This document shows, piece after piece, positions 25,709 to 33,040 of a stretch of DNA of 64,000 bases. The stretch is from a virus. Numbering within the stretch: position 1 is the stretch's first letter; every line of letters starts with the position of its first letter. The stretch is from the IMG/VR virus record IMGVR_UViG_3300045988_178965, positions 123,649 to 187,648 of that record. The stretch is one strand, 5' to 3'. Made by a program: the position numbers and the translations under genes. Below the pieces are notes generated by a model that made no database searches, had not been told where the DNA came from, and saw only the letters and a program-made list of their open reading frames with translations.

Positions 25709-25720
25709 CCATTGTACTGT

Positions 25721-25924
25721 TCAGATAAACGAAAACTCTTCGAATCTAGAAAACCTCAAAGAATTATCATCTTGAATCTCAAAGATTACCATATCATCAT
25801 CTTCTGAATGACTTACAATTACATCCAAGAAGTGCTTCCATATGGAAACCTCTTTATTGTTTCCTAAATCGGCCCTAAGTTCGTCAATAGAGCCGTAGGC
25901 CAATTTAAATTCGAAAGATACCAT
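25721..25924 (-). CDS. hypothetical small protein
   Basis: Start reassigned to ATG 25924 (GGAGG RBS). It shares one nucleotide with the upstream stop (TGATG). Confidence 0.55.
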   Translation of the reverse strand: MVSFEFKLAYGSIDELRADLGNNKEVSIWKHFLDVIVSHSEDDDMVIFEIQDDNSLRFSRFEEFSFI

Positions 25925-26103
25925 CAAACCTCCAGCCCTTTGACTTCGATATCGACGGCACCAACATCTTCCATACATGTGGAGATGCAAACTTGCTCAT
26001 ATACATCATCCCAGTCCATAGGGACTTCATACGAACGAAGGAAATCCTTACGGCTGCCATCTTCCATTGTAAATGTAACCAAAAAATCTGTATATTTTTT
26101 CAT
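25924..26103 (-). CDS. hypothetical small protein
   Basis: Start reassigned to ATG 26103 (GGAGG RBS). The track start at 26148 reads through hairpin copy 16. Confidence 0.55.
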   Translation of the reverse strand: MKKYTDFLVTFTMEDGSRKDFLRSYEVPMDWDDVYEQVCISTCMEDVGAVDIEVKGLEV

Positions 26104-26133
26104 GATGAAACCTCCATTAAAATTATTATCAGT

Positions 26134-26161
26134 AAAAGACCGACACATTCACGCATCGGTC
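26134..26161 (-). terminator. GTGTCGGT/U-tract hairpin element, copy 16
   Basis: Plus strand AAAAGACCGAcacattcacgcaTCGGTC. It follows the stop at 26172. Confidence 0.6.
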
Positions 26162-26171
26162 CGAAATTCTA

Positions 26172-26468
26172 TCAGAACGGGTGATCTTCACTCGCGTTCT
26201 CTTTATGAAACTTCTCTGCATATTGAGAAGCCCACTTATTAGGATTCATGCAACCTTTACCTGGGGTTGCAAACTCATGAACGGCGGAGCAGTAAACTGC
26301 CATACCATCCTGAGTCGGAATCCTACGGAACCAGCCGGGGATGTCCTTTTCAGGCATCTCAACGCCGACTGGCATAATGAAACTTGCGCCACGATACGCA
26401 GCGCTTGCAACATCGCCGGCACAAAGTTGTGCAAACGGTGAATCTGGGGTAATGACGAATTGTCGCAT
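26172..26468 (-). CDS. hypothetical protein ending in ...SEDHPF
   Basis: ATG 26468 preceded by GGAGGG. The C-terminal acidic-Pro-Phe tip is similar to that of the SSB-like protein. Confidence 0.6.
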   Translation of the reverse strand: MRQFVITPDSPFAQLCAGDVASAAYRGASFIMPVGVEMPEKDIPGWFRRIPTQDGMAVYCSAVHEFATPGKGCMNPNKWASQYAEKFHKENASEDHPF

Positions 26469-26482
26469 ACCCTACCCTCCGA

Positions 26483-26515
26483 GAAAGAAAAGAAAACGGT
26501 AGGACGAATCCTACC
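26483..26515 (-). terminator. canonical intrinsic terminator (UUCG tetraloop) after the RNAP-B gene
   Basis: Minus sense GGTAGGA-TTCG-TCCTACC (26498-26515), followed by GTTTTCTTTTCTTTC. Confidence 0.7.
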
Positions 26516-26522
26516 ACCGTTG

Positions 26523-26534
26523 AAAGACCGACAC
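26523..26534 (-). repeat. GTGTCGGT element, copy 17 (no hairpin arm)
   Basis: Plus strand GAAAGACCGACAC, just upstream (minus sense) of the UUCG terminator. Confidence 0.45.
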
Positions 26535-26624
26535 CAGAACCGCTCTACGTGAATACAGCCCCATATCGCTACGGAGCCGTATCCAGCGAGCAGTAACCTT
26601 TGCCAGTTTTTATTGGGTACGGAG

Positions 26625-29600
26625 TTACAGCATGTCGATAGCTTCGTCCATATCAACATCAACTTCATGATAAGACTCAGCTTCAACAGTCTCACCATTA
26701 GCCAAGGCTTCAGCCTCAGCCAATTTAACTTCCGCTACAACCTGAATTTGGGCAATCACTTCACGGCTTAAAGCTTTCAAGATGAAGCTAAATGGAGACT
26801 TGCCGTCCATATCCAAGAGGGCATTAACACCTTTGACATCATCCAGACCAAAGAAGAATGATGTGTTATAAATCTCGGATACATCCTTAGTGTACACATC
26901 AAAGTGTACATTCTTCCAGGTTGCGGTATGAGCCATGCGGACTGCATTGGTTTTATTCCAACGGTAACCTTGCTGACCGCGGCTACGTTTGTCCTCTTCG
27001 AACAGTTCTACAAATGTCTTGGCAATTTCAAACGCCATAGAATCATCCTGAATGAACATCAGTTCGAATGCTTTTTCAAACGCCTCAGTCATGCAGTCAA
27101 TGTCAGTTTCTTTATTGCGAAGGTTCAGATATTCGCAGAAACGCACCATGCCGTTTGAGTGTTTCATGTTCTCAACGACTTCTTTTTGCAACAAGATACC
27201 CATAGCATCAATAGCCAAGTTGGCCATGTCACTATAACCCAGTTTGTTGCGGATCAGATGTGTCAGAGTAATGAGATTATTAGTCTCACTGCCCACACCT
27301 GTCTTAGCCGCAACGATTTCCTCTACCGCTGGTTGAACGTCTTCTTTTCCCCATACCATAACGGATTTCTCACCAATCTCCTTGGTATTCAGAGAAGATA
27401 ACTCATCTTCAACATAAGAGAGTTGCTGTTTGGCAGAGTTGCAGGCCAACAGCTTAGACTCGCTCCATTGCTCTTGGCCTTCATAACCTTTGGCCCAGAA
27501 CAAGGTGAGGCGGTCGCCGTCAGCATCGTCCCTATTGGCCATATGAGAAAGGGCATCAACAAAGACTACTGATTCGCAGATGAAGCGATTCAGCTCCAAT
27601 TCTGCTTCAGAGTCAAAAGACATCAGGGTTTTAACCTTAGCTTCATAGAGGCGGAAGTTATTTTCCATCAAGATTGGAAACTTAATAGCACCCACTTCGC
27701 CTTTCTTAGCAGCCTCTTTGTATTGGCGGTCAGCGGTAATAACCTTAAAGCCGCTTTCAAAGTGATAGCTAACTGGCAGGCTACGACCTTTTGGCAAGCT
27801 GAATTTCAAGCCCTTGTGAGAGCCGAAAGTTTCCTCGATAGCCAGCAGATGTTTGGCATGAGTTTTAACTACTCCTGCAGCTTCCCAAGTTTTAGTGCCA
27901 CGGGTTTTGGCCATCAGCACAATAGAGGCAAGTGACTTGAAGAAATCACCACCAGTAAATTGCAAACCGGAGATATGATCTCCAGTGATTGTTTCCTGTT
28001 TGTCCCAGAATGATGCACCTGGGAATACGAAACTGTGATCACCGGCAATCACCTCGAAGCCACGAGGCATATTTAACAGACCAGGGAAACGACCACAGCC
28101 GTTGAATAAATTAACCAGGAATGTCTTCATCACTGATTGTGAAGATTCATCACCAACAAGTGTGGTGTATTTAACTTGTTCAACTGACAATGAACCATTG
28201 CCAGCAAACATGACAGCAAATCTATCCGCCCACCATGCACGAGTCATAGCCAAGAATTCGTTAGCGGTGCAAGACCAATCTACGTTTTTGGCAGCCGCAA
28301 CAGCTTTAGCTGTTTTACGACCAGTACGGCCAGAAATGAAGGACTTAAATAGTCCCTCACCATATTGACGAATCATTTGATCCGCCAAAAGAACACCGCC
28401 TTCAGCAGAATGAGATACTGCTTCTACAACACCAGCACGCTTCATCTCCAGCAAGCGAACCACTGGAGAGTAAGTAGTATCACCAGCCTTTAACTCAGAC
28501 AGAAGTTCATTCATCAGTGTCATTTCAGGAGACTCAATCTCAATCCCCTCGATCTTATCATTGATGCTTACTTCAGTACCAACGCGACGGTGGCCTTGCA
28601 AAGTGTAAAAGTCGGAGACATAAATCTCTTCTTCGATAACCGCAAAGCTGTACACCAGACCATCTACATTTACGGTCTTAGTGTTCATTGTAATCGCAGT
28701 ATTCGCTGTTTCTCGGAAGTCTGCATCATTCAACAAACGAAGCATAAATTGACTTAAATCGCCACCCATAATTGCATGGGCGACTCCGACCATTTTGGAC
28801 TTCAGCATTGGGCTGATAATATCTACACCCAAATAGTCCACCAAAGCGTCGATGTCGCGGACATTTGTAACAACGCCTTTGGCATGGTGGAACGATACAA
28901 TACGCATAGTGCCGTACTGCTGGACAAGTTCCTTGCGGCCATAACAAGCACCGCCAGCCAAATTCATAGCCAAAGGATGATCTTTGATATCAGCCAAGCT
29001 ATTAACTTTCTCACCATTCTCATTGGTTACAGATAAGAGCACAGCCACCTTGCGAACACCAATGGATACTTTGGTGTCTAAATCCGGATTCAGAATGCCC
29101 CTTGCAATTGCCTTTTTGCAATCATACACCGAAATGTATTTACCAGATTCCTCTGGGTGATTGACGGCAACCATGGTATCAGCCGCCTTGCGAGAGATAA
29201 ACATAGCGTCACCAACTGGCATACCTAATTTCCAGCTGGTGTCAGGACTAGTATTCAGCAAATCGCCTTGCTGAACCTTAACACCTTTAGGAGCAGGCTT
29301 CTCGGACTTAACTACTACAACACCTCCAGGTTTGCGCTTAAGGGCGTCCACCAATTTTACGCCTTCTGTGCCAATACCGGCCAGCCAGTCGATCAAGACG
29401 TCGATGCTTTCGGTAACGGATACAATTCCGTCTTTGTAAGAAACGAAACCGTGACGTGCAACTGTTTCACGGCCAAGCGGGGAATTTACCAAAGATGTAG
29501 CCAAAGTTCCTCTCTGTGCAACTACGCGAACAGAGCCCTTTGACGGACGACGAATATTAATCTCAACCTTGCCCACAATAGGCAGGGATTCACCAGCCTT

Positions 29601-30038
29601 AATCTTGCAAATAGTACGAGCCCATTCTTTAAGGTTAGTTAATTCCTCCTGAGTGGGAGTTTTGCCGGCCTTCACCGACTCCACTCTTTGTACCATAGTT
29701 GGCACACCTTCCACTTCAAAACTATAACTCATTTCATTCTCCTTAGTTTCATTCAAAACGATAGCCTCTACTTCTGCATTGGCCCAAGACAGGGCCTCAG
29801 AACGAGAACCCACTTCCTTGATTGCTACAACAGCCCCGTCTTTAACAACGGCCACGATTTCAGGACGCATAGCAGCGGCTTTGCTATTGCTCAGGGCAAC
29901 AACCTCAATACCAGCTGCGGTACGAATACCAGCTTTGATATGAGCTTTATGCTCGTATTGTTCTACAGCAGCTTCATAAGCTTTGGCAGCAGCAGCGTTT
30001 ACAGTAGTAGTGAAAGTAGAGAATTTAATAGTTGACAT
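26625..30038 (-). CDS. single-chain two-barrel RNA polymerase candidate (YonO/crAss gp66-type), copy B
   Basis: Beta-type motif RIVSFHHAKGVVTNV...ISPMLKSKMVGVAHAIMGG (~28860-28895 onward). Beta'-type motifs GAIKFPILMEN and HMANRDDADGDRLTLFW, with DADGD encoded at 27513-27527. Start reassigned to ATG 30038 (AAAGGAAATCATT-ATG). Confidence 0.65.
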   Translation of the reverse strand: MSTIKFSTFTTTVNAAAAKAYEAAVEQYEHKAHIKAGIRTAAGIEVVALSNSKAAAMRPEIVAVVKDGAVVAIKEVGSRSEALSWANAEVEAIVLNETKENEMSYSFEVEGVPTMVQRVESVKAGKTPTQEELTNLKEWARTICKIKAGESLPIVGKVEINIRRPSKGSVRVVAQRGTLATSLVNSPLGRETVARHGFVSYKDGIVSVTESIDVLIDWLAGIGTEGVKLVDALKRKPGGVVVVKSEKPAPKGVKVQQGDLLNTSPDTSWKLGMPVGDAMFISRKAADTMVAVNHPEESGKYISVYDCKKAIARGILNPDLDTKVSIGVRKVAVLLSVTNENGEKVNSLADIKDHPLAMNLAGGACYGRKELVQQYGTMRIVSFHHAKGVVTNVRDIDALVDYLGVDIISPMLKSKMVGVAHAIMGGDLSQFMLRLLNDADFRETANTAITMNTKTVNVDGLVYSFAVIEEEIYVSDFYTLQGHRRVGTEVSINDKIEGIEIESPEMTLMNELLSELKAGDTTYSPVVRLLEMKRAGVVEAVSHSAEGGVLLADQMIRQYGEGLFKSFISGRTGRKTAKAVAAAKNVDWSCTANEFLAMTRAWWADRFAVMFAGNGSLSVEQVKYTTLVGDESSQSVMKTFLVNLFNGCGRFPGLLNMPRGFEVIAGDHSFVFPGASFWDKQETITGDHISGLQFTGGDFFKSLASIVLMAKTRGTKTWEAAGVVKTHAKHLLAIEETFGSHKGLKFSLPKGRSLPVSYHFESGFKVITADRQYKEAAKKGEVGAIKFPILMENNFRLYEAKVKTLMSFDSEAELELNRFICESVVFVDALSHMANRDDADGDRLTLFWAKGYEGQEQWSESKLLACNSAKQQLSYVEDELSSLNTKEIGEKSVMVWGKEDVQPAVEEIVAAKTGVGSETNNLITLTHLIRNKLGYSDMANLAIDAMGILLQKEVVENMKHSNGMVRFCEYLNLRNKETDIDCMTEAFEKAFELMFIQDDSMAFEIAKTFVELFEEDKRSRGQQGYRWNKTNAVRMAHTATWKNVHFDVYTKDVSEIYNTSFFFGLDDVKGVNALLDMDGKSPFSFILKALSREVIAQIQVVAEVKLAEAEALANGETVEAESYHEVDVDMDEAIDML

Positions 30039-30069
30039 AATGATTTCCTTTTTAAAGATAGCCGTATAT

Positions 30070-30106
30070 AAAAGAACCATATAAGAGACCCGGCTATATC
30101 TCTTAT
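30070..30106 (-). terminator. hairpin + U-tract upstream of RNAP-B (distant relative of the repeat family)
   Basis: ataagaga (30081-30088) / tctcttat (30099-30106). The flanking AAAAGAACC is identical to the A-tract part of copies 9 and 10, but CCGACAC is missing. Confidence 0.45.
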
Positions 30107-30121
30107 AGGCTAGTTTATTTT

Positions 30122-30469
30122 TTATAGGCCTGCTAATTTTGCAGACCCATGAATGTTTTTACCATCCACTTTATGGACGGTAACGACCAGATTATGGCCA
30201 TTAGTGTGCCATGTTCTTGGTCTATTCTTCTTAGCATCGGTAGAACCTTTTGACTTCCACCATTGCTTAGAAGTTTCTGTTTCCAGAAAGAAGATAGTCT
30301 TACTTCCTCCTGCTTCATAGCAAGAGTCAGAAGCTCTCTCGTCAGGTATATCTTCAGAAAGATACACACCTTTTCCCTGAGCGTTTTGTTTGCCAGGGAA
30401 TAGGACGATTTCTTCGCCCTCTTTGACATTAAATATAGACGAAGAACAATGACAAAGGAGGCGTTTCAT
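30122..30469 (-). CDS. hypothetical protein (speculative minimal H-Y-E ADP-ribosyltransferase-like motifs)
   Basis: Start reassigned to ATG 30469 (GGAGAG RBS). LLCHCSS ... GKGVYLSED ... TIFFLETE loosely resemble the HGT / GxGVYFA / E strands of PARP-like ARTs. Very tentative. Confidence 0.25.
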   Translation of the reverse strand: MKRLLCHCSSSIFNVKEGEEIVLFPGKQNAQGKGVYLSEDIPDERASDSCYEAGGSKTIFFLETETSKQWWKSKGSTDAKKNRPRTWHTNGHNLVVTVHKVDGKNIHGSAKLAGL

Positions 30470-30471
30470 GC

Positions 30472-30639
30472 TTACTCTCCTTCGTATTGAGTAAGGATAC
30501 GACACTCTTTCTCAGAGTGTTTTGTTGTAACCTTACAGTGTTGATAATCGCTTCTTCTCATTGCATTGCTAATACCACCGAAAGCGGCATTAATGGAGAT
30601 AATAGCGACGATAGCAATCAGGACATAACGGATTTTCAT
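30472..30639 (-). CDS. small signal-peptide protein (55 aa, 2 Cys)
   Basis: Not in the track. ATG 30639 preceded by AGGAAATCATT. Translation MKIRYVLIAIVAIISINAAFGGISNAMRRSDYQHCKVTTKHSEKECRILTQYEGE. Confidence 0.5.
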   Translation of the reverse strand: MKIRYVLIAIVAIISINAAFGGISNAMRRSDYQHCKVTTKHSEKECRILTQYEGE

Positions 30640-30790
30640 AATGATTTCCTTTCAGAAGAAATAAATAATAAACAAAATAATGAGACAGAATTATCTCATT
30701 TATAATAACACTCTGTATTGAATGCCATTATAGATAAGATAAAAGGATGTGCAGGACTGATATCCCACACGCCCTTAAACATTATTATTA

Positions 30791-30955
30791 TCAGAGATCA
30801 CACTCTCCTTTTTGTTGCTTACAGTATCTGTCTACCGATGTGATAGATGTTTTCTTTACCACATTCTCAGCGGCGTCTTTGGCACCACTGAACATGAAAG
30901 AATAAAAAGAAAAGCAGAAGAATACAGCCGTGATTGCAATGATAAAGTTTTTCAT
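30791..30955 (-). CDS. small signal-peptide protein (54 aa, 2 Cys), paralogue-like
   Basis: Not in the track. ATG 30955 preceded by AAAGGA. Translation MKNFIIAITAVFFCFSFYSFMFSGAKDAAENVVKKTSITSVDRYCKQQKGECDL. Confidence 0.5.
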   Translation of the reverse strand: MKNFIIAITAVFFCFSFYSFMFSGAKDAAENVVKKTSITSVDRYCKQQKGECDL

Positions 30956-31469
30956 GGTTAAGTCCTTTCTTAGACTAAAGAGTAAAATAAAAGATGTAGA
31001 TGAGAGCAGTCCAGTTCACCCCAGGGGGCAAATTCCGGACATACCCCCATCCACAGGAATATCATTAATAGACACCAGGTGATCCCACTCGTTTTATCTC
31101 ATATTTTCCCTCATATTTACCCAGTCAGGTAATATTTTGTAGGCTTAGCTACCCACACGCATTACATCCACATTCCTCATTCATATATCACTCAATATTT
31201 TTAAAATATATTCACACACCAATTACACTCACATCTTCACACACCTCAAGTTTCACACCTTATCATCAACTCATTCTCATTTTTCTTCCAACCAACCCCC
31301 AATCAGTCTTTGCCTATCGGCAAAATGATGGGTCCGCCGCGCCGGGCCATTCTGTGTTTTGGGTCAATCAACCCCCTTGTTTGCCCCAGGGGGCTCAGAT
31401 CAATGGGGTGGGTTTGTTTTTGGGGGCGCCAGCCATTTTAAAATTTTTCTATTTTCAAGGGACAGTTAG

Positions 31470-31498
31470 TTGACTTTTTCTATTGTTTCTGTTCTAAT
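31470..31498 (+). promoter_or_regulatory. sigma70-like promoter for the rightward block
   Basis: TTGACT (31470-31475), 17-bp spacer, TCTAAT (31493-31498). A hairpin agggag/ctccct follows at ~31509-31525. Confidence 0.4.
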
Positions 31499-31578
31499 TA
31501 TTTCTACAGGGAGGGTCGCTCCCTCTTTCTGTCTATTGATCAAGATTTTTTAAAAAGCTTTTTAGAAAGTGATTTGTT

Positions 31579-32085
31579 ATGGCAAATTTGCGACAATCTA
31601 TTTACAGTGGAATGTCTGAGTTTTTGATGCGATCAGAAAAGCAGGCACAATTCACTGCTGCTGCAACTGTTGGGGCTGCTGCCTTCGGCGGATATGGTGT
31701 TGCTAAAGGTGCTGTCTCTGATAACACCACTATGTTTGGTGGTGCTGTCGGTGGTGCAACTTTTGGTGGTGCTGTTGGTGCTGGTTTGGCATATGCTGCA
31801 TCAGGTGCTCATGGGAAGGGTCTTAGGAATGTTCTAAGAAGCCTGAACAACAAAGCTTCAGGGGCTGAGTATGCTGCTGAAGATATGCTTCGACGTACAA
31901 AAGCTTCTAGTATGTCCCCATCCGACTGGGAGGCTTCTGTATTGGCGAAAAAGAACTATCAGTTCGGAGATATGAATTACAACACTGGTGACCTTGTTCA
32001 TTCTGTTAAAGCGAATCGCGGATTCCAAAACGTTTCCATGACAGGAAAGAAAGAATGGGAAGCTTGGTTTGACGGGGCTAAATAA
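31579..32085 (+). CDS. glycine-zipper membrane protein
   Basis: AAATVGAAAFGGYGVAKGAV...FGGAVGGATFGGAVGAGLAYAASGA. Confidence 0.55.
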   Translation: MANLRQSIYSGMSEFLMRSEKQAQFTAAATVGAAAFGGYGVAKGAVSDNTTMFGGAVGGATFGGAVGAGLAYAASGAHGKGLRNVLRSLNNKASGAEYAAEDMLRRTKASSMSPSDWEASVLAKKNYQFGDMNYNTGDLVHSVKANRGFQNVSMTGKKEWEAWFDGAK

Positions 32086-32696
32086 TGGGACTATTTAACA
32101 CATTTAACAGAGAAAGAGCTGCATATCGTTCTGCTATGAGGGCAGCAGACAATTCTCTTCGTAACAAGAGGGCTATGACCAATGCAGGGTTCACACTTGC
32201 TTCTGATGTTAGGGGCAAGGTTGCATCTAAAGCCTTGGCAACTGGTGCTGCTTTTGGTGCGGTTGGATATGCTTATAACACTGCAACTGGTGGTGATCCG
32301 TTTAGTGGTGCAACTAGCGGAATGATGGCAGGTGCTCTTGTTGGTGGTGCACGTGCCGCTGCTTCTCTATCGAGAGCAGGCAGGGATGGACGTATTATCA
32401 AATCGATTAGTCAATTTAATAATCGTGCCAAAAACCCAAGTGCAGCAATGGAAACATCTACATTTTCTCAGGCTCTATTTGGAGACATGAGTGCTTCTAT
32501 TGGAAAATTCAATAATGCCTCAAGAAGTCCTGTTAACAGAACCGCAAACGCAGGTAAAGCTGCTAATATGTCCGGTGCCGGTAGTCGAAACACATATACC
32601 GGTTGGAATGCCAGAGTTGTTGGTGATAACATTACCAATTCCTATGGAAGAAGTCCAGGTAAAGATGGAATGTTTAAACAAACTTGGGGAAAATAA
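32085..32696 (+). CDS. glycine-zipper protein (paralogue-like)
   Basis: LATGAAFGAVGYAYNTATGG...GMMAGALVGGARAAAS. The start overlaps the upstream stop. Confidence 0.55.
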   Translation: MGLFNTFNRERAAYRSAMRAADNSLRNKRAMTNAGFTLASDVRGKVASKALATGAAFGAVGYAYNTATGGDPFSGATSGMMAGALVGGARAAASLSRAGRDGRIIKSISQFNNRAKNPSAAMETSTFSQALFGDMSASIGKFNNASRSPVNRTANAGKAANMSGAGSRNTYTGWNARVVGDNITNSYGRSPGKDGMFKQTWGK

Positions 32697-32699
32697 AAG

Positions 32700-33023
32700 A
32701 TGTCTGAACAAGATGAAAGTACCGTTCTTGGTATAAAAATACCAAAAAGCTTCGGTATTATCGGTGTGTTCTCCGCTCTATGTTCTATTGTTTATGGATC
32801 ATGGATCGGTGCCACCACTATGGCAAGAATGGAGTCTCAACAGGCTGCTATGGCGTCTACGCTTGAGCAAATCAAATTAGATTTGGTCACCAAAAATGAA
32901 TTCGAATCACGCGTTCAGCTTCTGACAAGCGTTATCGACCGGAATAAGGAAGATATTCGTCGTCATGAAGACAGAATTTCGAATCTTGAGAACGTGCACC
33001 GTAGAGGCGATAGAGGCGAATAA
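32700..33023 (+). CDS. i-spanin-like protein (N-terminal TM + coiled coil)
   Basis: TM segment FGIIGVFSALCSIVYGSWIGA, then a heptad-rich region. Its position in the lysis cassette supports the call. Confidence 0.4.
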   Translation: MSEQDESTVLGIKIPKSFGIIGVFSALCSIVYGSWIGATTMARMESQQAAMASTLEQIKLDLVTKNEFESRVQLLTSVIDRNKEDIRRHEDRISNLENVHRRGDRGE

Positions 33024-33040
33024 GATATAAGGGGATTTAT

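Noticed and set aside
25423-25728. 101-aa plus-strand ORF in the 25.4-25.7 kb gap
   Set aside because: It runs through three copies of the hairpin element, lies opposite to all neighbouring genes, and gives a basic low-complexity product with no RBS.
14240-26534. Interpreting the CCGACAC hairpins as ordinary independent rho-independent terminators
   Set aside because: Ordinary terminators would not share an invariant 3'-arm sequence and flanking (G/A)TGG. Several copies also keep the sequence without a hairpin. A purely generic terminator explanation was therefore set aside in favour of a sequence-specific element, although terminator activity remains possible.
26246-26698. 150-aa minus-strand ORF overlapping 26172..26468 and the RNAP-B 3' end
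   Set aside because: It overlaps two better-supported genes in another frame and spans the UUCG terminator and a repeat copy.
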